A stretch of DNA of 64,000 nt, from assembly GCA_028023455.1 (NCBI GenBank), contig JAQFVV010000004.1, positions 12,276,001 to 12,340,000 of the forward strand. The letters are read 5' to 3'. Position numbers and translations under genes: made by a program. Source of the stretch: Epiperipatus broadwayi. Lineage: Eukaryota > Animalia > Onychophora. The notes under the pieces were generated by a model. That model did no database searches. It had not been told where the DNA came from and saw only the letters and a list, made by a program, of their open reading frames with translations. Shown piece by piece: positions 1 to 13,380 of this stretch (positions within the stretch are counted from its first letter, which is position 1; each line of letters opens with the position of its first letter).

Positions 1-769
1 GAAGCTGTATTTAGAATTTTAGCTTCTATGTAAATAACCTATTTATACTAATGAGTAAATAATAATAATAGATTTATACTTACATATAAAAATATCACAA
101 TAAATATTCAAAAAATTTAAACTTTTAAACTGTATTTTGTTATATATAACAGAAATAAATAATATTTTAGATTTTTAAAATAAAAAATGATTTTATAAAC
201 TGAAAATAATCTTTCTAATGATAATGTATAATCTTTTTGTTTTGATTACGATCTCATTTTTTTAATATAGAAACAGAAAACCATTAACACAGCATAAAAC
301 TAAAAGTGGTGCTAGTTGTACATCACATCATGAATAAAAATAAAGTGGCTAATAGGTTTTTCTGGGCATAATTGCTGAGAGATTCTTGACTTCGTTTAAG
401 GAGAAGCCACAATACATCACATCACATCCAATCTGATTTCTTACCAGTTTACAAATGAACGCTAGCGGTAATGATTAAAATATGTATGAAAAATGTAAAA
501 TTAAATACTGTAGTTAGTAAAAAAAGTTTGACTTGTATTAATTTTTTTCAAATATTTGAAATTTTTTATTAGTCATACTTTAATTGCTTATTTTTTTAAT
601 GCGAATTTTAAAGTAATTTTTCCGTGTTGCTTTGCTTTTATGCGAATTCTGAAAATTACAGCACCTATCCCCCATTTTTCAAGGTAAGTTAAGTATATTT
701 TTGTGCAATTTTTTTTAATGCACATTTTCTGTGGAACCTATCTACCACATAAAACGAGACCCAGGTGTA
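1..769 (-). mobile_element. TA-flanked TIR MITE (pogo/Tigger-like), truncated by the window edge; inverted copy of 32981-33939
   Basis: Ends in CATAAAACGAGACCCAGGTGTA (748-769), the same TIR as 32981/33939. 1-769 is the diverged reverse complement of about 32981-33735 (e.g. ggcataattgctgagagattcttgacttcgtttaaggagaagc vs gcttctccttaaacgaagtcaagaatctctcagcaattatgcc). Confidence 0.9.
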
Positions 770-1649
770 GTAGTGTTGTTAATCTTTTCTTTGAAGCACA
801 CTATACTCAGTATTAAATTAAATAATACTTAAAGTATTTGATATTACACATTTTAAAATATTTTCTTAAATCAATAATAAATTGATAACTGAAATATACA
901 TTTTGAATAACTCATAAATATATAGAGAAGGATTTTCCAAGCGTTTCAACTTCAATATTTTAATCACATAAATAATAAATTTTTATATAATTAATGTCCT
1001 AATATTCATCTCATACAGTTTTTAATTATGCCTTATTTCCTTTTAATGATTCCGCTTATGGAGTGACTTTATTGACAGAATAATATTTAATATTATATGT
1101 GTTAATTATTCTAACTTTGAAAACAAAAGGTAAATCAATTTTTTTTTTCATTTTAAATACCATGAAGAAATTTTTCTTGATTTCCAAACTATTTTAAATT
1201 TTAATTATCATAAGAATCAACCTGTAAAACCCCCCTCTGATAATATGGGAATTTTTAAACAAGCAGACCATTTTTATAAAATATTTAAAATTTAGAATAT
1301 ACTAAATTTATAAATACACCAATAAACGTGCAGCAAAGAGTACACAAGTGACATTTCATTGTTTAATTAAATGGCATTCATATTTTAAATTTTTATTGAG
1401 AGATAAATCTTTTACACGTTATTTTCATGATTGTCAATCTATTTAACACAAAGAAATTTTCTTTCCTGTCCTATACAATTTTTGAAGTAATAAAATGCCA
1501 AAATTTTATTATATATCACTATAATATTTAATGAGTTTACTATTGATGTCACCATTTTGATATTTTATGCATCATTTGAAGATTTTAACATCATCATCCC
1601 CAGTTATTCAAAAATGAATATGACACCATTCCAATTCCAAGAGAAAGAT

Positions 1650-2000
1650 ATTTAAAAAAAATAATCTAGAGAAAAACCAATCTGTGAACCACAAATACAT
1701 AGCATATGGACAATGAGGCATATATTGACAATGATGATCCATTTCTCTATTTATTTTATATTTTGTGATTTAATCTCTTCTATAGCAATCTTTCCTTTCT
1801 GAAATATATTAACACTGTCTGTAATTGTAGCTTTCCAATGCATTCTGCTATCTGCCATATCTTCTCAATGAAATAAATCAATAATAATCTTACAGCATAA
1901 ATGGTGTCCAGTTCTAATATTAAAACAATGCTCAGGTTTATCATAAAACATTCTTTTATTATATAGAGAGCTTGCAAAATAAACTCTTAACAAACTTTGC
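1650..2000 (-). mobile_element. RTE-clade LINE 3' fragment (degenerate)
   Basis: Minus-strand translation gives KRMFYDK...EDMADSRMHWKATITDSVNIFQKGK and a C..CGSQIG remnant, matching the RTE/BovB-like C-terminus WE..A.DR..W ... C.S.IGL. Confidence 0.55.
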
Positions 2001-2013
2001 AGAAAATCCCCAA

Positions 2014-2051
2014 TCTCAGGCTGACTTCTGCTACTGGCATCCTCAGTGAGG
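2014..2051 (-). ncRNA. Degenerate minimal type I hammerhead motif
   Basis: Minus strand: CCUCA CUGAGGA UGC-cagua-GCA GAAG ucag CC UGAGA. Stems I and II pair; the 15.1/16.1 pair is G-C instead of A-U. Confidence 0.45.
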
Positions 2052-4042
2052 TGCTAGGATATTCAAGCATTAGATTAATACTTTATCTAATGTATAACTA
2101 TTAAGTAGAAAATCTGAAATTTTCAGACATCCATATGTCTTCCAATCCAGCTATCTAACTTAAATAGCCATATGGGATTGAACTAAGTTTAGATACACCA
2201 TATATTAATAGCTTTAGCAATATAAAATCGCCAAAGCTCTATATATAACATTTGTAATACAAACTTATTAAATTAGGTCATGTGACATCTGTCTTGATTT
2301 TTTTTTTTTGTAATAATAACATTTTTTTAGGAAGTGTTCATTTGTTGCACAGGTTTTGAAGTTTACGAATCTTTACAAAAAAGTAATGTTTTTCTATTCT
2401 TAATTTACAATTTCTGTATATATAGATCACTTTTAGGGTCTAAATACTATTATAATTAAAAAATAATAAAAAATAAAAATATTTAGAAATATATTTATGA
2501 AAATTAAATATAGTTTTAAAAGTGTTAAACATAAAGAAGAAAACATATTTCCAACTTAAATGTTTTTCATAGCTGGAAGTCTTTTTTCTCTATCTCAGTA
2601 AATCAATTATTGAACCTAAATGGGGCCTTAAAAGAGTTAACTATTAAAAAAAAAATGGAATTTCTTATTTAAATATTCTTCATGGCTGATAGTCCTTGTT
2701 CTCTCTGTCTCTCCAAGCTAATTACTGATTTTTTCCCCTCACCAGTAATAAAATTTTTAAATAAAATTTTTAGATAAAATTGTCAAATGCAAAAATTCTT
2801 TATTATAAAAGCATATAATAAAATTATTATAAGATATAGATATAATAATAATAAATTGTAGTCCTAGAGTATATACGCAAATATACAGAGGATTGTTCAG
2901 ACACAAAAAAACACGTTATTAATTAAAACAGATTTAAAACTTCCTAAACTTTCATTACATTAAAACATAAGCAAATATCTATTGTTTCACCATCCATGGT
3001 AAGTTTGAGTAACCAGAACCAGAAGCTAATAAATTTAAATTCCCCAACCTCTTATTTCCCTTTATCAATGAGGCTTGAGATTCAAATTCAATTTTTCTAT
3101 TCAATCCAAGACAAGCTGATTGAACAATTATATAGAACTAATCTTAGGTCAATAACTACATATTTTAGTGTCCTCAGTTATTTTCTACCTGCAGGTACTT
3201 TTTTTCCTGACCAGAAATACTACTAATAATAAATCACTTGATTTGTTAGGGCATATAACATTTAATGAAATAATAGTAAATCTCTATACTAATAAGCTTG
3301 AATAATGAGTAACTACCAAATGATAATGCATTTAAAATATATACTCCCATAAAAGCAGTGCTAATTACTCAAACATTCTACAGATGGCAACATAATAGAG
3401 ATTTGTTCTTATTTTATTACATAATGTGTAACTAAAGAATCAGGTGATTCATTATTCTATTCTATTAATGTTTGTTTGAAGAATTTTAAGAGTAGAATTT
3501 TACTTGTACTTACATCACATTAATTTACTATACAATCTTCTCATACTAAACATTGTTTTATAATATTAAATAAATCATAACTTTTATTCTATTTCCTGTC
3601 TCATCACACAAGCTTCTAAACAACACTAAATACTGCTGCATCCTATAAAATTGTTATCTGTGATCTCTCTCTTATAAAAAGTTCTTTCATTACAAATTTA
3701 TTAAAAATCCAGACAAATGATGTGATAAATAGTTTTAAAACAAATGTTCATTTATTCATCATTTCTTTAGAATTGGTTATTTATTTCTTATTTTATATAA
3801 TGAGGTTACTCTTTTATATAACTTTCTTATTAGGTACATTTCGTGCTCATTTTGTGATAAATTCATTTCATAAAAACATCATCTTATTTTCCTGTTGCTT
3901 CAAGAATATGTAAGCAAAATTCATTTGATAAACCAATATGGTTTGTAGTTCATTAAAATGTTTAATTTCAAGGAACTTTTCATGTAAACTCTTTAATATT
4001 TAAATACACGTATAGTATATATATATTAAAGCTAGATGTAAT

Positions 4043-4155
4043 TAGAGGGGATTTGAACTAAGACTTTCAAGTGCCCTTCAATCATCTGATACACATGATC
4101 AAATACGTGTGAAAAAGATAAATGATCTCCAATAGACATATTTTATGCTGAACCA
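4043..4155 (-). repeat. HHR repeat family A, short fragment
   Basis: ggggatttgaactaagactttc...ctgatacacatg...aagataaatgatctccaatagacatattttatgctgaacc matches the copies at 16.6, 22.5, 27.1, 41.4 and 46.8 kb. Confidence 0.7.
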
Positions 4156-4435
4156 TAAGTAAGTTATAATATATTATCACTATGCACTGATTTTGTGCCT
4201 CCACTTTTATTTATGGCCCACTAAATAGCCTCTTTATTTTTAATAAAAAATATTCATTACATAAAAAACAACAATAAAAAAGATTCAATCAATCAGTAAG
4301 GACAGTGGAAACACATTTAATATTATTGTTATCATAATTATTATTAAATAGGGGTAATTATCTTAACTATCAAGTAAGACTTCACATGATTTAAAAAATG
4401 GTATGGTCCAAAAAAGTTTTATTTCCATCAATCTA

Positions 4436-4498
4436 TAATAATAATAATAATAATAAAAATAACAATAACAATAATAATAATAATAATAATAAAATAAC

Positions 4499-4549
<51 letters not shown>
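4436..4549. repeat. (AAT)n microsatellite
   Basis: About 38 AAT units with a few AAC/AAAAT interruptions, directly visible. Confidence 0.98.
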
Positions 4550-6229
4550 TTTAAATTATGGTATCCTTAGGGCATGAAAATAAACACATTTGTGATATTT
4601 GTTGTAAAATTTTGCAGTCCCACATTGCTGGTTTATTGACTACTATAATCTTGCTAGTGAAAATCAGAAAGCTATTATTTGGAAAAATAAATGATTTTAG
4701 AATATGGGGAAATACAGTGGAACTGCAATATGTTTGTTCCAAGCCCCCTTATGTACATTGTGTGTCATATATAATATTTTACATTCTATTGGTAAACTTA
4801 GACAGGAATAGAATATTAATTATTGAATTGCAAATGTATAATATCTTTAAACATCCACAAATATATAACACATATGCTTTTTATATGTATAGTATGCATA
4901 TATAAATAATGATTATAGTATTAACGAAATTTCAAAATAATAATATCGTTATTAATAATAAATTAAAATGACACATATTTATTTTAATGAGTATGTTTAC
5001 TCATGAAAAAATAGGAATAAAAAAAAACTTACTTTACAATATTTTTATTTTTTAAGTTAAATGAATAGCAAAAATGTCTGAATTTCATGACAATTAAAAA
5101 TACTCTGGGTGATTGTTTTCCCAATAACATTTTTCTCTTATAAAACATAATAGTAATATTATTATCAAAAAACTATGATCTCTTTCATTGTTTTGATGTT
5201 TTTAAGTCAGTATCAACTTCAAGTATATTTTCAAATTTTATAAAACTTTTAACACTACACTTAGAAAACATTTTATTACATGAAATAAAGTATATCAAAT
5301 TCAAAAAGAATATGTGCTTTCAATATAAATTGAGGAAAACATGATTGCATCTGGCACTATGAGATGGGATTGCTTGCATATTCTAAAATTTATTTACAAA
5401 TTTATTTATTTTTTAACATGATCATGTAAGATGCTCAGAGATGGAAAAAAGTTGCCCACACATCATAAAATATGTAAAATTTACAAATTTTAAGGGTTTT
5501 TTTGTGTGTTTATTTACATTTTTATTTGTTTGTTTACATTTTTTTTTTAGGTAGCAGATAATTGCAACCATGAATAGTAATAAATTATAGTTTGAGGCTT
5601 TAATGTATTACTATGTACAATTATACATTTCCTTCTAGCAAGATAAAGCTTCTAAATTAGACAAAGATTACTGTTATTGAATGAGAGCAGGCTTGCTTCA
5701 TCCCTTTTTCTCTTGAAGATAAAAGGAGTTACTCTCAAGTTGCTAATTTTACATCTCAAATAGAAGAATTTGATAATGAAAAGTGAATGGTCTGAAGCCT
5801 TAACTATAAAGAAATAAAAATATTTTGATAATAATAATCATTTCAAATAAAAAATATTGATTCAAAAAAGTTTGAATTGGACAAATGTAAAAAAAAAAGA
5901 TGTTAAATCCAATTCTTTAACTCGTTTAAAGTCCAACTTTTCCTACTCTCATTTGAAAGATTGCTCTTTTCATATTGGATCAGAATATGGTCTATTCATA
6001 AAAATTATTGAAAGAAATATTTCTTATATGAATTTCATTTTTAAAATGGAAATGAATTTTCATTGAGATATTGTATTATTAGCTATTTAAAAAATATTGT
6101 AATAAGACAATTGAATATAGAACTGAAATCACACTATAATGTCAACTGATTTGGTTGGTAATATGTGTATTCCTCTTTCCATTAGTATAAACAAATTAAA
6201 TATTGATTTGGAGCATTTAGAAAAATAAT

Positions 6230-7050
6230 TTCTTAGTTGAAAACAAAATATGTTGATCTGTAATGATTTTTAATTCATGCTATATAATACTGGTAGACAA
6301 AACAACTATACCATGCAATAATGAAATTAATTGAAGACAAAGGATTATAGAATTCATGAATATTTCTCATATAATGAAACCAAAAAAGTATATTAAGAAT
6401 TTTATGGATGATTATAATAATTCTAATACAATTTTTTGTCTCATCAGAATATCTATAAAGCCATTCTTCATATAAAAAATTAATTCCACAAATATAATAA
6501 ATTGATAGACCTTGATCAGACTTTCCCTGCATTGGATAATACAAATTACAGTCATAGTAAAAGTGCTGTTATAGATCTGGTTTTAAATTAAATCCTCATA
6601 TTCATATTACTTTTTCTAAAACATACTATGATAATGCTAAACCTTAGCATAAACTGAGATATCCAGTGAGATTCTATTCTCACATAACTAAATATTATAA
6701 TATATCTAAATGTAATCTGTATTTATTTAATAATAGATATCTAATCTCTAATTTAACTTCAATAACAAATCATTCCACTTAAAAAGATTTTTGCAAATAG
6801 TCTAAAATAATAATTACATGTCACAAAATAAACATAAATAATGTAGTTTCAATGATCTTCTGTAATTTGTATCTTCATCCAAATACTGGGATTTAATTTC
6901 ATATAATTTTTATACTTGCCATACATCAACTACCTATTTTTCATAGTTCTTCATTCAATACATTAACATTTGCAGCAAAATATAAATTTAAAAGTCTTCT
7001 TTTACCTTTTTTTTACTCTACCTATTAAATGCAATTCTTTTCTTCTTTTT
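6230..7050 (-). mobile_element. RTE-like APE endonuclease remnant
   Basis: Minus-strand pieces ISVYA, EEWLYRYSDETKNCIRIIIIIHKILNILFWFH (cf. NGERLL.FC....L.I.NT.F.HK..HK.TW.H) and TDQHIL (cf. SDH.LL) occur in the expected order. Confidence 0.45.
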
Positions 7051-8629
7051 ATGTGAAAGACCTGCTCTTTTTTATTAACTTTTCCCTTTGAAATTCCATT
7101 ATGAGTGATTTTTATGTTTTTTATGCTAATACTTAAAGAATGAAACCAAGGGAATTTCAATTAAAACTATTCATCCACACTAAATAATTTTGATTTCATA
7201 GATACACCTGGAAAAAAACGTCACATGACCACCACTTCACCTGGAACATGATTTACAATTAATATACAGAACTAAAATATTCACAGATCTGTTAGTAACT
7301 ACATAGGACTTTAGAAACTATTTATTGATGATTCATACATAGTAATTAAACTAAATTTAATATAAAACCCCATTTCCTTCTTTCCCTTTTGCTCTTAGTA
7401 TGTAATAATACCAAATAATAGTGTTAAAATTCTTTTGAATAATATATTCCTAAAGTGTAATCTTTGTTTTAATTAAATCTTAATTATTATGCCATTATTA
7501 CAGGTGACTTTAATATTCTTCATTTGTATCTTAGAAATGCCACTCTTTTCTTCCAATTCTTTCTTTTAAACATCCACAATAATACAATACATTAAACCTT
7601 TAAATCTCACACAATATAATTTTAGAAACAGTTGTACTATTTCTACAATTATTGATTAGGCTAGAGATTATCATATAATTCCATGTGATGAAAAAAAAGT
7701 TATAAGTGCATATATATGTATATAAACTGTTGTCATCAATAATAACATTGCTAGTAAATAAAATAGAAAACAAAATACACAGAATGTTAGTAGATACATA
7801 TATGTATATGGTTAAAAATTTTAATATATATAATCATAGATAGCCACAATGCTAATATATATATAAACAAATAATTGAAAGAAATAAATCACATGAATAG
7901 ACTAATATTATTTAAAAAAATAGTAATAAAAAACACTCTACGTATTATAAACACTCAAGTTGCCATTTAGAAGTAAAATTGCAAAGCAATAATTTAAAAG
8001 CATTTGATTCAGCAATCTGTTTGTATTTCGGAAAGATCATCAAATAATGTTTGAAAATCTTCTCCAATCTTTTTATTTTAATCTCCAAGTCGATTCATTT
8101 CTAAAAACCAAAGCAAATATCTGTCATTTTTGTTCAATCAACAGAATTGCAATGTTATATGCTTTATGATCTTAATAAAAGAAAACCCTACATGTCTTGC
8201 ATGGATAGTAAAATCAATATTTGTAAATTTCCAAGCAGTTTCATATACAAAATTTATAGTACTTTCTCTTTCTATATAGATGTATGTGCATGCACAACAA
8301 ACAATATCTGCATATATGCAATATTATCTAATGATTATTTTTATTAAATTATATATATTAGCAAACCTCTAAAAAAATGTAAAATGCGCCTGTAATTCTT
8401 AGTTTTTCATTATTTAAACGATCAGCCGATTGCATAATTTATAGATTTATAAAAACTTTATTTCAACTTTTTTTTATTAAGAACTTTTTTTATACAAATA
8501 CACTCACACATATAAATATTTTAAAACTAATAAAAATACAAATAATTAAAAATGATTTATAATTTGTACAGATGTTTTTTCAATCATTTAGATCATAATC
8601 ATTAACAACTAAACTTATGTGGATGAAAT

Positions 8630-8846
8630 ACAGAAGCTAAACTCTCCATACAGTAGCGCCACTCAGTGTAAGCAAGGCTAGTCTGGGGGTATTGGATGAG
8701 TATGCATTAGATAGGAATTTTATGCAAAACCTTCTTGCATCCATTGATTACTCTGGCTTGCACTGAGTGGCGCTACTGCCTGGAGAGTTTAGCCTCTGTG
8801 TAAACAGCTTGTGAAAGCATAAAGAATGGTGATCATGTGATGTTTA
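8630..8846 (+). repeat. HHR repeat family B, fold-back insertion
   Basis: 43-bp inverted arms at 8630-8672 and 8757-8799. The forward copy starts at CTAGTC-TGGGG (HHR stem III and cleavage site) and is homologous to 43234-43540 and 53284-53988. Confidence 0.85.
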
Positions 8847-8849
8847 ATG

Positions 8850-11800
8850 ATTTTTCTGAAACTATAATTTGATATTAATAGATTGTCTATTTATTATAGA
8901 GCCTTTAAATTGATTCATAAGAATTGCTTCTTTAATTTTTTTTGTTTCAATACATGTTTTACACCAAAATGCATGAAGTCCAAAGATTGCTTCTCATGCT
9001 ATAGGGATTGTCTGCTTGTGTGTAAAATATGTTAGCTGTTGTATAGTTGGTCTTGTTCTATATTGATTTAGAAAATTGTTTCCTGTAGTACTTAAAACTA
9101 ACTGTACAATTGGAAAATATGTGTTCTTGTGTTTCTACAGCAGTATGGCATAGATTGCAGAATGGGTCTATTGATCTATAATTTTAAGAAATAAGATGTT
9201 GGCAGTTCTTCTTGATCAAGAAGTAAAAAACTTTCATTCCATTGACCATTTTCTGAAGTTTTTAAGGAGTTGTTTGTTGTTTACTCCCAGCATTGGGCTA
9301 AAGATCTGATTGTTTGTGGCTGGGTTGATCAACTCATATGTATTCCAGTATGTGTATTTGCTATCAAATGTGAGTGTTGCAGTTCCAACAATGATTTGTG
9401 CTGAGTGTGCTAATGATACTAGATATCCATATGCAGATGGTGGATGATGTGTAGGGATTATGTTGAGGAGGCATTGTAGCTCCTGAAACTATAGTGATTT
9501 TTACCAGTAGGTTTATTGTTTTTGTATGTGGAACACATGTATTGTGTGTAGCCCCAGACCATTCTGTATAGTTGGCTGACTGAGTTGTTTGATTGAATGG
9601 CTACAGTTTTCCTACCCCATACTAGTTTGCTAAAGAGTGATGATGTGGCTGCTGTAAAGTTTTCTTGTAAAGTTGACAATAGGAGAATAATATGCAATTC
9701 TTGTTGTTATGAGTATGTTAAATAGATGCACTTTTGAATATGGAGATAAGTATGCATTGGATAAAGATGTGGCTATGTTTTGCATTCTGTTTGAGATTTT
9801 TTTGAAGTGTTTGTCTCATTCAATGTGCTCCCAGGTAAAATGGGAAACTAAGAAATAGAGTAGGTTTTCCTTCATTATAGCTGTGTGTAGGTTTTGTTAG
9901 TATAGATGAACCATGCTGATGTTTTGTTTAGGTTGAATTGTAATTTGTGCATGTCTGTGTAGTTTTTTAGTATTCTTTGTAATACTGCCATTACATCAGG
10001 CAGTTTGTGGTATTAATATCCCTGGTCATTCATTTTCAATTATTTTATTTAAGAGTGGATTTATATATAGAATAAACAGCAATGCACTGAGTGGTGATCC
10101 TTGTGATATTGATTGTGTGGGAGTAAATACTATTTTGTTTCTGCTGTTAAGTGTAAAGTGTATATCTCAGTTGAATAAGAGATTTGTGATGATGTATAAT
10201 AGGGTGGGTGAAATTGCTATATTTACAAGCATGTTCATCTATTGCAACAGAATCAAATGTTGCCTGTATATCCAGTTGAATTGCAATTAGGGCATACTTT
10301 TTATTTTGCTGCACTGTGTGGTGGAGGATCCTTCTCTGCATACTTCATGTTTGATAACAGGGGCAGTATATATGTTTCTATTTTATCTTTGACTACTGTT
10401 TCCAATAATTTAATTCCTAATGGACCCATGATGAAAGGTTGAAGGTTGTTGAGATTTGAAATGGCTGTTGTTTTTTTCTTAAATGGAACTATTTCTATTG
10501 GATATAGTCCTCTGGTATTGTATATTTTTTGTGATAAGAAGTTAGCAAGGTTGCAAAGGTACTCTGTGGTAAATTGACTCAAATGTGAAAAGACAAATAC
10601 CAGTATGCCATTGGTTTCAGGGTGGTAACTGTTGGGAATTTTTTTAAGGTTTTCAGCAAATTGTTGGATCTGAAAGGGAATATCTGTTTCAGGTATTCCC
10701 AACTCATCACTGGATAGTGTGTATTGTTTATATGTTTGGAGCTTTTGCTTGAAATGTTGGTATTTGGGGTCCAGCAAGTTATGCCCTTCATAGATGTTGC
10801 TGCTTATCTAAATTGCTATGGGCACTTTTCTGGTTGATGGATAACCTAGTGCCCAGTGGATATATAGGCATGTCCATGATGTGTGTTGTTGGATGAGGCA
10901 ATTTTTATGCCAAGGTATTCTTATAATTGTTTATATGTATTTTAGTATAGCTTTGTTAGTTTTTGTAGAGTGTTGTTCTTGGGTCTGGAGATGGTGATTC
11001 TCTTGTGGAGATCATCTGTTAGGGCCATTAATTGAGAGGGGGGATAGTGAGTATCTGGTCATGTGATGTATGTTGAAGGATAGTATGTTGATGAATGGTT
11101 GGTATTTTTGAATTGTATCTTGTGACATATTGTTAATTTAATTTAGCATGATGTAACTCTCTGAGAATAGGAATTCAGTAGTGCTTGTTGGGAGTAGGAA
11201 TCTGATTGTTTTTTCTAGATGAAAGAATATTGTTTAGAGCTCTGAGAAACTTACTGTAATGGTTTGCACAACATGGTCTGAAAATGGGCATGGATTGAAT
11301 TGGAAGTTGATTAAGTGATGAAGCATTGGTGTGTGGCATGCTATGATTATAGAATGCCACTGAATATGTGGCAACAAAGCCCTGAGCACTCACGAGTAGC
11401 AGGTTTAATTGTCATAATAATTTTGTATTGAATTTTTCATAGTGTAAGTTGAAATCACCCATTGATATTGTTGGGTTGTGGTTGTTTGCGAGTTCAGAGT
11501 TTATTGTGAGAATTAGGTGCTGGGATCTGGGGGTACATGCACAAAAATAATGTTGAGGGTGGTAATTTGATGCTAGAATGTAGTGATTAGGAGGTGTGAG
11601 TCAATGTAAATAATTATGAAGATTGAAAAATTGCATTTTGAGGCTATAAATATGCCTGTGACTGCTGAAGATGATGATGTGTCACTGGATTATGTGAAAA
11701 AACATTGTTTGTCTAGGTATGGACTGAATTAATTTGTGGTCCTTTATAGATTTTTGATTCTAGGAGTCCTAGTATTTGTGATTGTATGATGCTGATTCAT

Positions 11801-11875
11801 TTGTTGAGCTGGTATATTTTTTGCTATTGCATTAATGCCTCTGACATTTAGTGCTGCTACAGTTAAAAATGCTTT
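8850..11875 (-). pseudogene. LINE ORF2 (APE endonuclease - reverse transcriptase - CCHC finger), disrupted
   Basis: LTVAALNVRGIN (about 11830-11865), SMGDFN (about 11455), PCPFSDH (about 11280), LDIQATFDSV (about 10250), ISQGSPLSALLFILYINPLL (about 10050-10110), KLQFNLNKTS (about 9920-9945), CNLCHTAVETQEHIFSNC (about 9105-9160). Confidence 0.9.
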
Positions 11876-11899
11876 CTATTTTTGTTGGGGTTGTTTTGG

Positions 11900-13380
11900 A
11901 TCTTTACATTATTTATTTTCACTCATTTGTTTTATTTCCATTTGTTTTTGGTCTGCTTTGTTGGTTTTTGGACATTCTTCTTATTGGTTTTTGTATTGGG
12001 TGTTTATGTGTCTTGTGCTTCTTTAGTTTGTGATTCTGTGGTTATTAATTGGTTTTTGAATAAATTTGTGACTATTGGTGAGTCAGAGTTATCATCATCT
12101 GTCTTCACTTTTTGTCAGATTTTTCAGGTCTCCCAGGCTTTCTCTTACTTTCTGACAGGATTGTGCTTGTTACTTGCATGTTTGTGCTAGGGCTGCTTGG
12201 GGATAGGAGTATTTCCATAATTTCTATGGCTGTCTTATTGATAATAATATGGTGTGTGATTTTATCCATTGCACAGTCAAATGCTGGCATTTATACATTT
12301 GCTTTAGTTGTTGTCTTATTTTTGCATGGCTTCCACTTTCTCTTTGGCCATGTCCCTTGGTTTGGAATTTTGTTTTTTTTTCTGTGAACAAATCTCTAAA
12401 GTCTAAGCTTGGTATTTCTTTTGTTATTATTTTTTGGGTAGTTTGTTCACTGCTATCCTTGGCAATGGCTATCTTTTCTTCTGTTTGCATATTAGTGTTG
12501 ATATTTTGTTGTTTTTGTGAGTGTGCATTTTGATTTCTGGTTAAGTTCTGGCAGTTTGGACTTTGTACAGTAAAATGTCCCTTTTGTTTACATGAATAAC
12601 TTTGTGGTTTCAGACCTCTAATATATTTAGTGAGCAATGCTTCCTGATCCAAGATTTGTGTTGGTATATCATCTGGATCAGTATCTGGATGCAGTTTTAT
12701 TCTGAACTCATGTTACTCACAATTGGTATTGGTGTGTCTTCGTGGTATACTGGTTTGAACATAATGACATGGTCAAATGGTTCCATCATTCTTTGAAAGC
12801 CTTGTTCTTTATATCCCAGGTATATATTGTTAATTATTCCTGAAATGGCATTATGATAATTTTGATCTATAGTGATCACTGCGAAGTTACCCAATGATTT
12901 GACTTGACTTTGAAATCACTCCCTTTGTGTGATTTCATAAAATTTGTATCGGTTATTGGAATGTTCTGCAACCTATTGTATTGTGTCCCAGAATCCATTT
13001 AATGTTATTGCCTCATACAGAAACTCTTTTGGGAATTTTTATAATGAAATATTGCTGTCTGTTGCTGACAACACCATGGACTTGGGGGGAAAAATCTCTT
13101 GAATGTTGCAAAGAAATGCTTTGGAATTCTGTTGTGATGTTCAATTTTTCTTCATTCCAGACAATTTCTGATGGATTTTGACTTAACCTGTTTTTCAATT
13201 TCTAAATTATTTGGCACTGTCGACTGGTTTCCTATATCTGGGATTGATCTTTTGAGAGGTGGGTGCATTGCTTTTTTTATCTCTTTGCTGATATATGAAT
13301 TACATTGACTTTGTTTTTTTGTTAGGATAAATGAATTTATTTTTTATTTTTCTTTGACCATGTCTGCAAATGTTGGCTTG
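11900..13380 (-). pseudogene. LINE ORF1 (nucleic-acid binding, zinc knuckle), disrupted
   Basis: KPTFADMVK near the 5' end and YIRGLKPQSYSCKQKGH...C (in ORF 12224-12652), a degenerate CCHC knuckle typical of L1/Tx1 ORF1, followed by a K/Q/T/N-rich tail. Confidence 0.7.

Noticed and set aside
11835-12796. Cluster of hydrophobic plus-strand ORFs resembling membrane proteins
   Set aside because: They are antisense shadows of the A/C-rich LINE ORF1/ORF2 strand.
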